Positions 1 to 9,623 of a stretch of DNA of 13,308 nucleotides are shown here, piece by piece (position 1 is the first letter of the stretch; each line of letters starts with the position of its first letter). The position numbers and the translations under genes are program-made. Location of the stretch: positions 1-13,308 of the forward strand of contig NW_021826404.1 of assembly GCF_006345805.1 (NCBI RefSeq), in the 5' to 3' direction. The DNA is from Octopus sinensis. Lineage: Eukaryota. The notes beneath the pieces were generated by a model. It saw nothing but the letters and a program-made list of their open reading frames with translations, had not been told where the DNA came from and made no database searches.

Positions 1-404
1 TTCCCACCAATGGCTAAACACATAGGGGACAAACAAGGACAGACAAAAGGCTTAAGTCGATTACATCGACCCCAGTGATTCACTGGTACTTAATTTTCGA
101 CTCCGAAAGGATGAAAGGCAAAGTCGATCTCGGCGGAATTTGAACTCAGATCGTAACGGCAGACGAAATACCTATTTCTTTACTACCCACAAGGGGCTAA
201 ACACAGAGAGGACGAACAAGGACAGAGAAAAGGCTTAAGTCGATTACATCGACCTTCAGTAATTCACTGGTACTTAATTTATCGACCCCGAAAGGATGAA
301 AGGCAAAGTCGATCTCGGCGGAATTTGAACTCAGATCGTAACGGCAGACGAAATACCGCTAAGCATTTCGCCCGGCGTGCTAACGATTCTGCCAGCTCGC
401 TGCC
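1..404 (-). mobile_element. tRNA-derived SINE, family A, with at least two tandem ~183-bp body units; 3' end runs off the window
   Basis: The minus strand begins GGCAGCGAGCTGGCAGAATCGTTAGC (A-box-like TGGCAGAATCG) followed by a B-box-like GAGTTCAAATTCC. Anchor GTCGATTACATCGAC occurs at 56 and 239 (183 bp apart). It is homologous to 3926-5412 and 12039-12404. Confidence 0.85.
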
Positions 405-872
405 TTGAAAATCTACTGTAATAATACTCTTAAAGTGACAGTATTTTGTCAACTTAATGTCATAGTCCCATGAAAGGGAAGAATGCTACTGTTATTTAGC
501 CCTAGGAAACACCATTTCCTGTTGGACTTGACACATTTCTTGTACCCTTATTTTTTCGGATTGGAGACAAGCATTTCCAACCAGCAAATCCAGCACCCAG
601 GGACTAGATTGTGAGTCATTTCTCATCATCAGTCTGGATTAGCATGGCTTGCTAAGTGCCGATGCTAATCCGTCTTTGAAAACATAGATTTCAAGTGAAA
701 TACATTCACTTTGAAAATGTCACATTAAGTTGATAATATGCTATCACTTTATCGTTCTGCCACTGCATAAATCTCTCTCTGTGAGATTGACAAATCTATT
801 ATTTCAATAATACTCTCGTGATTTTCTCCGTCACAGCATATGAATGAACAAAGAAAGAGTTGATAGATGAAT

Positions 873-906
873 AAGGAAGGAAGGCAGGAAGGAAAGAAGG
901 AAAGGG
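873..906. repeat. Degenerate (GGAA)n purine-rich simple repeat
   Basis: aaggaaggaaggcaggaaggaaagaaggaaaggg read directly. Confidence 0.7.
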
Positions 907-941
907 TGATGGAAAAGTAGTAGTGGGACGAGGAAAAAAAA

Positions 942-1758
942 TCAAACAGCGTTTCAACTCTGTGTGAGTGTGTAAAAGGGAGGTATGTGAATGTGTGCGT
1001 GTGTATGTGTATGTGTGCAATGGAAGGGGGATGGTGAAAATTCAACGCTGAAAAGAAAACTCAAACAGCGTTTCAACTCTGTGCGAGTGTGTAAAAGGGA
1101 GGTATGTGAATGTGTGCGTGTGTATGTGTATGTGTGCAATGGAAGGGGGATGGTAAAAATTCAACACTGAAAAGAAAACTCAAACAGCGTTTCAACTCTG
1201 TGTGAGTGTGTAAAAGGGAGGTATATGAATGTGTGCGTGTGTATGTGTATGTGTGCAATTGAAGGGGGATGGTTAAAATTCAACGCTGAAGAGAAAACTC
1301 AAACAGCGTTTCAACTCTGTGTGCGTGTGTACGTGTATGTGTATGTGTGCAATGGAAGGAGGATGGTGAAAATTCAACACTGAAAGGAAAACTCAAACAG
1401 CGTTTCAACTCTGTGCGAGTGTGTAAAAGGGATGTATGTGAATGTGTGCGTATGTATGTGTATGTGTATGTGTGCAATGGAAGGGGGATGTGTGCGTGTG
1501 TACGTGTATGTGTATGTGTGCAATGGAAGGGGGATGGTGAAAATTCAACGCTGAAAAGAAAACTCAAACAGCGTTTCAACTCTGTGTGAGTGTGTAAAAG
1601 GGAGGTATGTGAATGTGTACGTGTGTATGTGTATGTGTGCAATAGAAGGGGGGTGGTTAAAATTCAACACTGAAAAGAAAACTCAAACAGCGTTTCAACA
1701 TATGTGTGTATATGTGTGTGCATGTACAAGGGAAGTATGTGAATGTTTGTATGTGTGA
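942..1758. repeat. ~119-bp tandem minisatellite, about 6.5 copies, each with an internal TG/TATG simple-repeat tract
   Basis: Anchor TCAAACAGCGTTTCAAC at 942, 1061, 1180, 1299, 1393, 1564, 1683 (spacings 119, 119, 119, 94, 171, 119). Confidence 0.95.
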
Positions 1759-2328
1759 ACCAGCGTTCTTTCAGTAGCAAACGATGATCAATGTCCCATC
1801 TCAAAAGATAACCACCAGATAACATTGGCAAGTGTATTAATTTGATTTACCATCCATATTCTATCTGCTTTGTTAAAGATAATTATTGCAATCACACACA
1901 CCTACACACACATATACCAACTCATTAATTTTCTCTAATGAGTTTGTACCTGTTTCTTAAACGAAATATACACCGCCGGAAGTTCTTGTTGAACTTGTTG
2001 CCAAACAACAGCAGTACTTGTATTCACCGCAATAGACGTCATTGATTGGTTGAAACTGTCGAAATACGAGAAATTTAACAACAAATAGCTTACAAACTAC
2101 AGAATTTTCTCAAGAACGCCAAGAGAAAAAGATATTTTATGTGTTTAGTTACAAAGAAATTTTTTAAATCTGCCGGTCAAAGTGAAAAGGTCCGAGAAAA
2201 TAGTTATTGCCCCAATATACCAAGAATATATAACGACTACTGTCGAAAGGTATATTATAAATTTGGTAATGAAAGAATTATCAAACTAAAAATCTTGGTT
2301 TTGTACCTTATTTGTATATGAAATACTA

Positions 2329-2756
2329 GGCGCAGGAGTGGCTGTGTGGTAAGTAGCTTGTTTACCAACCACATGGTTCTGGGTTCAGTCCCACTGCGTG
2401 GCACCTTGGGCAAGTGTCTTCTGCTATAGCCTCGGGCCGACCAAAGCCTTGTGAGTGGATTTGGTAGACGGAAACTGAAAGAAGCCCGTCGTATATAAGT
2501 ATATATATATATATATATACGTGTGCGTGTGTGTGTCTGTGTTTGTCCCCCTAACATTGCTTGACAACCGATGCTGGTGTGTTTATGTCCCCGTTACTTA
2601 GCGGTTCGGCAAAAGAGATCGATAGAATAAGTACTGGGCTTACAAAAGGATAAGTCCCGGAGTCGAGTTGCTCGATTAAAGGCGGTGCTCCAGCATGGCC
2701 GCAGTCAAATGACTGAAACAAGTAAAAGAAAAAAAAGAAAAGAAAAGAAAGAAGAA
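2329..2756 (+). mobile_element. tRNA-derived SINE, family B, full length, with internal (TA)n/(TG)n and an A-rich tail
   Basis: Head GGCGCAGGAGTGGCTGTGTGGTAAG with B-box-like GGGTTCAGTCCC; ends GACTGAAACAAGTAAAAG plus (A/G)-rich tail. A close paralogue lies at 8095-8514. Confidence 0.88.
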
Positions 2757-3045
2757 TTAGCCGTCATTTTTAACGGCACGGGTGAACTAGTATGAAACTG
2801 AATTGTGAGAAACAAATAAGATGATAATTTTATTCTGAAACGCAGAAACACTGATGCAACATGGCTGGTTGCTGACAAATCTTTCCGCTTTGTATGGATA
2901 TCTTACCCAATCTCTGCGTTTATGCGTTTGAAAATAAAATTACAATCTTATTTGAATCTCATAACACACATTTCAACGCTTCTAAAAACAAACATTAGGT
3001 TGTTTACAGTTACCGTAGTAAACAAATAAAAGGTTTGTTCTCTAG

Positions 3046-3716
3046 CAATGGCAGGCTCATGAGGGCCGATTCTTTCTCGGGCCATGGCAGGCTCACTGAG
3101 GGCCGTCTTTCTCGGGCCATGGCAGGCTCATGAGGGCCGATTCTTTCTCGGGCGTATGGCAGGCTCATAAGGGCCGGACTCTTTCTCGGGCCATGGCAGG
3201 CTCATTGAGGCCCGATTCTTTCTAGGGCCATGTCAGGCTCATTGAGGGCCGGATTATTTCTCGGGCCATGGCAGGCTCGTGAGGGCCGGGGTCTTTCACG
3301 GGCCATGGCAGGCTCATGATGGCCGATTCTTTCTCGGGCCATGGCAGGCTCATGAGGGCCGATCCTTTCACGGGCCATGGCAGGCTCATTGAGGGCCGGA
3401 TTCTTTCTCGGGCCATGGCAGGCTCATTGAGGGCCGGATTCTTTCACGGGCCATGGCAGGCTCATGAGGGCCGATTCTTTCTCGGGCCATGTCAGGCTCA
3501 TGAGGGCCGATTCTTTCTCGGGCCATGGCAGGCTCATGAGGGCCGGATTCTTTCTCGGGCCATGGCAGGCTCATTGAGGGCCGGATTCTTTCACGGGCCA
3601 TGGCAGGCTCATGAGGGCCGATTCTTTCTCGGGCCATGTCAGGCTCATGAGGGCCGATTCTTTCTCGGGCCATGGCAGGCTCATGAGGGCCGGATTCTTT
3701 CTCGAGCCATGGCAGG
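3046..3716. repeat. 36-38-bp GC-rich minisatellite (18 full units) at the 3' end of SINE D
   Basis: Unit CCATGGCAGGCTCATGAGGGCCG(G)ATTCTTTCTCGGG; 19 ATG(G/T)CAGG anchors from 3048 to 3709 at 35-38-bp spacing. Confidence 0.95.
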
Positions 3717-3901
3717 TTAATGAGAACCGGTTTCCCGGTTTCAGTGGTATAGAAATTCCCCACCCCGATGGGACCCTGGTTTGTCACAGAATATCTCATT
3801 TGTTTCCAGCTGAGTGGACTGGAGCAACGCATCACCAAGTTCAGGAATCGAAATCACAATCTTGAGTCTAACACCCTAACCACTAAGCCACGCACCTCCA
3901 C
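3717..3901 (-). mobile_element. tRNA-derived SINE, family D (head and body), continuous with the minisatellite
   Basis: The minus strand starts GTGGAGGTGCGTGGCTTAGTGGTTAGGGTG (A box TGGCTTAGTGG) with a B-box-like GATTTCGATTCC at 3844-3855. The head resembles the SINE C head at 8927. Confidence 0.75.
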
Positions 3902-3925
3902 CCATCCAAGAGTAAGTTGTCATGC

Positions 3926-5412
3926 TTTTGCACACTAGGCAGAAGGCACGATATTTTAGAGGAGGGGGCCAGTCGATTATATCGACCCCAGTGCGTAACT
4001 GGTACTTATTTGATCGATCCCGAAAGGATGAAAGGCAAAGTCGACCTCGGCTTAATTTGAACTCAGAACGTAGCGGCAGACGAAATACCTATTTCTTTAC
4101 TACCCACGAGGGGCTAAACACAGAGAGAACAGACAAGGACAGACAAGGGGATTAAGTCGATTATATTGAGCCCAGTGCGTAACTGGTACTTATTTGATCG
4201 ACCCCGAAAGGATGAAAGGCAAAGTCGACCTCGGCGGAATTTGAATTCAGACCGTAGCGGCAGACGAAATACCTCTTTCTTTACTACCCACAAGGAGCTA
4301 AGCACAGAGAGGACAAACAAGAACAGAGAAGGGGATTAAGTCGATTACATCGACCCCAGTGCGTAACTGGTACTTATTTAATCGACCCCAGAAGGATGAA
4401 AGGCAAAGTCGACATCGGCGGAATTTGAACTCAGACCGTAGCGGCAGACGAAATACCTATTTCTTTACTACCCACAAGGGGCTAAACACAGAAGGGACAA
4501 ACAAGGACAGACAAGGGGATTAAGTCGATTATATCGACCCCAGTGCGTAACTGTTACTTAATTTATCAACCCCGAAACGATGAAAGGCAAAGTCGACCTC
4601 GGCGGAATTTGACTCAGAACGTAACGACAGACGAAATACCAATTTCTTTACTACCCTCAAGGGGCTAAACATAGAGGGGACAAACAAGGACAGACAAACG
4701 GATTAAGTCGATTATATCGACTCCAGTGCGTAACTGGTACTTATTGATCGATCCCGAAAGGATGAAAGGCAAAGTCGACCTCGGCGGAATTTGAACTCAG
4801 ACCGTAGCGGCAGACGAAATACCTATTTCTTTACTACCCACAAGGGGCTAAACACAGAAGGGACAAACAAGGACAGACAAGGGGATTAAGTCGATTATAT
4901 CGACCCCAGTGCGTAACTGTTACTTAATTTATCAACCCCGAAACGATGAAAGGCAAAGTCGACCTCGGCGGAATTTGAACTCAGAACGTAACGACAGACG
5001 AAATACCAATTTCTTTACTACCCTCAAGGGGCTAAACATAGAGGGGACAAACAAGGACAGACAAACGGATTAAGTCGATTATATCGACTCCAGTGCGTAA
5101 CTGGTACTTATTTGATCGACCCCGAAAGGATGAAAGGCAAAGTCGACCTCGGCGGAATTTGAACTCAGACCGTAGCGGCAGACGAAATACCTATTTCTTT
5201 ACTACCCACAAGGGGCTAAACACAGAGAGGACAGACAAAGGGATTAAGTCGATTATATCGACCCCAGTGCGTAACTGGTACTTATTTGATCGATCCCGAA
5301 ACGATGAATGGCAAAGTTGACCTCGGCGGAATTTGAACTCAGAATATAATGGCAGACGAAATACCGCTAAACATTTCGCCCGGCATGCTAACGGTTCTGC
5401 CAGCTCGCCGCC
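3926..5412 (-). mobile_element. SINE family A multimer: one tRNA head, 8 tandem body copies (~184-bp period), one 3' tail
   Basis: Anchor GTCGATTA(T/C)AT at 3972, 4156, 4340, 4524, 4707, 4890, 5074, 5248. Head (rc GGCGGCGAGCTGGCAGAACCG) at 5366-5412. The tail at 3926-3971 matches the tail at 12358-12404. Confidence 0.9.
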
Positions 5413-5647
5413 TTAGATTAAGCCCTCATTAACAACCGGAAGCAATCATGAGAGCAGCAGGGTGAGTGTCTGTTTGTCCTTGTTTATGCTCATGGTTTTT
5501 CCTCTCACTACGCATTCATGGTGCGACGAGCACAATCTGTTAACCTGCAATTAATGTAGCCGTAATCATAAAACGCCGTATACGGCGATATCCATCTTCA
5601 CACAAAGTCCCATCGCAGACACAAGGCATTAAGAGCAAACACCCTGA

Positions 5648-6502
5648 TACACATAGATACACACACACGCAAGCACGCACGCACATACACACGCATGCAC
5701 ACATACATACATACATACACGCACGCACGGGCGTGCAAAGATACGCACACTCATACGGGCTCACACACACACATACACACTTGCACTCTGAAACACACAC
5801 ACGCACGCTCACACACACTCTCACACACATACAATACATATACACACAGACATTCGCACACGCACTCATATAAAAAAATACATACGCACGCACACACACA
5901 TATACACACGCACGCACACACGAACACACACGCACGCACACATACACATACACACAAACAACATCGCACACACATACATACAAATACAGGTGCGCACGCA
6001 CACACATGCACACACACACATACACACTCACACACAAGCGCATACACACACACACACACAAACACACACGCACGCACACACTCACACGCACTCATACACG
6101 TACACACAAATAACTTCACACACACATATATACACACACACAGACGCGCAGATACATACGAACGCACACATACAAACGCTCACACACACATACATACACA
6201 CACACACACACACAGAAACGCACACATATAAACGCTCACACATACACAAACACACACGCACACACACACATACACGCACTCATACACGTGCACACAAACA
6301 ACTTCATACACACATACACACACACAGACGCGCACACACACACACGAACGCACACATACAAACCCTCACACACATACACACACGCACACACACACATACA
6401 CGCACTCATCCATACACGTACACACAAACAACTTCACACACACATACATACACACACACAGACGCGCACACACACACACATAGACGCGCACACACACAAA
6501 CG

Positions 6503-6534
<32 letters not shown>
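5648..6534. repeat. ~890-bp degenerate compound (CA)n/(CG)n/(CATA)n microsatellite
   Basis: Direct reading; it accounts for the His/Thr- and Cys/Val-rich ORFs here. Confidence 0.95.
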
Positions 6535-6537
<3 letters not shown>

Positions 6538-6748
6538 TTTCCATTTTATTAAAGCAGAAAAATTATTTCGGAAACTGTTAGAGCCTCACGTGACAGTTCA
6601 TCAATTGGTTCTGAAAACAGCTTTTGAAGAATTTTTTCTCTGCTTTAATAAAAAGTCTCCTTTGATATTCTTGTTGTTCTTTTTTTCCCCCACCTTGGTT
6701 TTTCATTTACGTGTTCCCCTGCTTATGTATATTCATGGGTATATAAAC

Positions 6749-6756
6749 ATATATAT

Positions 6757-6826
<70 letters not shown>
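6749..6826. repeat. (AT)n microsatellite
   Basis: Direct reading. Confidence 0.97.
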
Positions 6827-6829
<3 letters not shown>

Positions 6830-6884
6830 GGACTCTGGGTGTGTCTCGGCAAGTGATTGTAACAAACATGCAGATGAAAAGTAA

Positions 6885-6913
6885 ATAATAACAACAGCAA
6901 AAACAACAACAAC

Positions 6914-6966
<53 letters not shown>

Positions 6967-6987
6967 TAATAATATTAATAATAATAA
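6885..6987. repeat. (AAC)n/(AAT)n microsatellite, the probable target array of the adjacent retroelement
   Basis: Direct reading. Confidence 0.95.
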
Positions 6988-7443
6988 TACACAGATAGAG
7001 AAATTAAGGCAAATAGGCCGGATATAGTTGTCAGAGATCACCAAGAAATATATTGCTTTCTAATCGATGTATCAATACCAACAGATGACAATTGTTTCTG
7101 TAAAAGAAACGGAGTAACTACAAAGACCTGGAAATAGAGGTAGCACGAATGTGGAATCTAAAAAACAGAAACAATTCCTATCATAGTAGGCGCATTAGGT
7201 ATGATAAAAAATATTCAGACAAATACATAACAAAAACACGAGAACAAACAGGTATATATAACATAGAGCAAATTGCACTACTAGGCACTGCACACATCCT
7301 ACGCAGAAAACTTTCCATACAATAACCATCAGAGCATCACAACAAATCACAACACATACCCAAGGCACACAGAGCAGCGCTCGGTAGTGAAGTGAAAGCA
7401 CACTATAAAAATAAAACTACTGAATAACAATAATAATAATAAA
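6988..7443 (+). mobile_element. 5'-truncated, frameshifted 3' end of an R4/Dong-clade non-LTR retrotransposon: restriction-enzyme-like (PD-(D/E)xK) endonuclease, 3' UTR and (TAA)n tail
   Basis: Manual translation from 6988: YTDREIKANRPDIVVRDHQEIYCFLIDVSIPTDDN / VSVKETE / YKDLEIEVARMWNLK / TETIPIIVGALGMIK / YSDKYITKTREQTGIYNIEQIALLGTAHILRRKLSIQ*, stop at 7323-7325 (slashes are frameshifts). The RPD...IDV...KE...YxDL pattern is the established REL motif. The fragment is flanked by TAA repeats on both sides. Confidence 0.85.
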
Positions 7444-7985
7444 TGCCTTGATGCAGTACCAGGCAGTGGCTCTCATGGCTTCTGATCTTAACTGATTGGA
7501 AGTGTCATCATGTACATTGTATTGTCTTGGTATAAAAGATGGGCTTCAGCAAATATTCTGCTCAATACCACAGATTTGCTTGTCAGTTGTTTGACCTTAA
7601 CCAGTTGACCATGTCCCTTAGTGGCTGACGATATGTGCATCTCTGATCACGAGCAGAAGTAGTGGGGGAGCATCATAGCCATGTATTGAGAGGGATTCTT
7701 TGGGGTTTGGATAATTCACCTTTGGAAACATGGGTGGTTCGTTCAACATCCTTAAACAACCCTTATTCACGGACCTTTTGAGCAGGATGGGTTACTCGAC
7801 CAGAAGAAAATTCTAACTGGGCCCCACCTGCAAGGCCATGTGCGGTTTATCTTGATATGAGATCACCATGTCGCGCACATATGGTTGTGTGCCTGGTGTA
7901 CCCTTATCAGACGTGTAGTCATGATGGGTATACTGGGCTTCGTATATTTTACCCCAGTGTCACTTTGATGGCATACACTGCTCTG
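7444..7985. mobile_element. Unclassified ~540-bp segment bounded by (TAA)n on both sides; probable interspersed repeat or further retroelement UTR
   Basis: Sharp TAA-repeat boundaries, more GC-rich than the neighbouring AT-rich DNA, no convincing ORF. No second copy in the window. Confidence 0.4.
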
Positions 7986-8052
<67 letters not shown>

Positions 8053-8059
8053 CAACAAC
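7986..8059. repeat. (AAT)n then (AAC)n microsatellite
   Basis: Direct reading. Confidence 0.97.
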
Positions 8060-8094
8060 TTCTGAAACAATATATTACAAAGATATCAATAATA

Positions 8095-8269
8095 GGCGCA
8101 GGTGTGGCTGTGTGGTAAGTAGCTTGCTAACCAACCACATGGTTCCGGGTTCAGTCCCACTGCATGGCATCTTGGGCAAGTGTCTTCTACTATAGCCCTG
8201 GGCCGACCAATGCTTTGTGAGTGGATTTGGTAGACGGAAACTGAAAGAAGCCCGTCGTATATATGTATG

Positions 8270-8302
<33 letters not shown>

Positions 8303-8514
8303 GTGTTTGTGTTTGTCACCCTAGCATTGCTTGACAACCGATGCTGGTGTGTTTACGTCCCCGTCACTTAGCGGTTCGGCAAAAGCGACCGATAGAATAA
8401 GTACTGGGCTTACAAAAGAATAAGTCCCGGGGGGTCGATTTGCTCGACTAAAAGGCGGTGCTCCAGCATGGCCGCAAGTCGAATGACTGAAACAAGTAAA
8501 AGAGTAAAAGAGTA
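8095..8514 (+). mobile_element. SINE family B, full length
   Basis: Collinear with 2329-2728, including the head, internal microsatellite and GACTGAAACAAGTAAAAGAG end. Confidence 0.88.
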
Positions 8515-8536
8515 ACAACAATAATAATAATAATAA

Positions 8537-8927
8537 TGGAATGGAAGCACTCCGTCGGTTACGACGACGAGGGTTCCGGTTGATCCGAATCAACGGAACA
8601 GCCTGCTCGTGAAATTAACGTGTAAGTGGCTGAGCACTCCACAGGCACGTGTACCCTTAACGTAGTTCTCGGGGATATTCAGCGTGACACAGAGAGTGAC
8701 AAGGCCGGCCCTTTGAAATACAGGTACAACAGAAACAGGAAGTAAGAGTGAGAGAAAGTTGTGTGTGAAAGAGTACAGCAGGGATCACCACCATCCCCTG
8801 CCGGAGCCTCGTGGAGCTTTTAGTTGTTTCGCTCAATAAACACTCACAACGCCCGGTCTGGGAATCGAAACCGCGATCCTATGACCGCGAGTTCGCTGCC
8901 CTAACCACTGGGCCATTGCGCCTCCAC
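8537..8927 (-). mobile_element. tRNA-derived SINE, family C, inserted in an (AAT)n tract
   Basis: The minus strand starts GTGGAGGCGCAATGGCCCAGTGGTTAGGGCAGCG (A box TGGCCCAGTGG) with B box GGTTTCGATTCCC. (AAT)n lies on both sides. Confidence 0.8.
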
Positions 8928-9485
8928 AATAATAATAATAACTACAACAATAACAACAACAACGCTATTAATTTTCTTTAATACCGAACATATTTTTTAG
9001 AAATTTATGGTAATCGTTTGGTGTTTTATGTGCCAAAACTCTGCGACAAAGAAAAGACATAAATATTGGGAAAAAACATCTGAATATAATATTCGAAATT
9101 AAAAATATTGATGTGTTTTCTGAAACAATATATTACAAAGATATCAATAATATTTATCGAAATTGTGGTCTTCTTTGTATTGTGTATAATGTATATACAT
9201 AGCTGAGAGACAAGTAACTGCTGTTTTTGTCTTAGATAAAATCTCTAACAGCCGTGCTGTGCTTAAAAAGAAATCTAGCTGTAAGGCATGTAGACGTTAA
9301 ATATGATACATACGTGGCTATTGTAACGAAACACTGCTCCACTTGTGCACGATAGTGTATTTATTCAGCTCAGCGGCTGTTCGCAACGTCAGCGCTTGTG
9401 TTATACGTTGTTTTTTTATATGCGAGAGGTTACAGGGTTCGTCGAGCGATGTGGCTGCACGTACATGCCATTGGTTTCCAAGTTT

Positions 9486-9623
9486 TGACACAAGGCCAGC
9501 AAGTTCGGGTGAGTGGACAAATCGATTGCATCGATCTCCAGGTATTCAACGGGTGGTTATTTTATCAACCTCAGCGGAACAGAGAGCCAAAACAAATACC
9601 GCAAAGTATTTTAACTGGTGTGC
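9486..9623 (-). mobile_element. Old, internally deleted SINE A relic with a truncated head
   Basis: ATCGATTGCATCGATCTCCAG resembles GTCGATTACATCGACCCCAG; TTTTATCAACC resembles ATTTATCGACC; AAATACCGCAAAGTATTTTAACTGGTGTGC resembles AAATACCGCTAAGCATTTCGCCCGGCGTGC, with CpG-type decay. Confidence 0.6.

Noticed and set aside
1919-1944. 9-bp inverted repeat AACTCATTA/TAATGAGTT
   Set aside because: It is short and AT-rich, so expected by chance, and has no supporting context.
3046-5412. CRISPR-like appearance of the 37-bp and 184-bp arrays
   Set aside because: Units are contiguous with no unique spacers, there are no cas genes, and the context is eukaryotic SINE sequence.
7770-7840. HDV-like ribozyme in the TAA-bounded module
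   Set aside because: P1, P3 and P1.1 could not be placed with the required adjacency on either strand.
2329-8927. tRNA genes at the SINE heads
   Set aside because: A and B boxes are present, but each head runs into a SINE body and I could not build a full cloverleaf.
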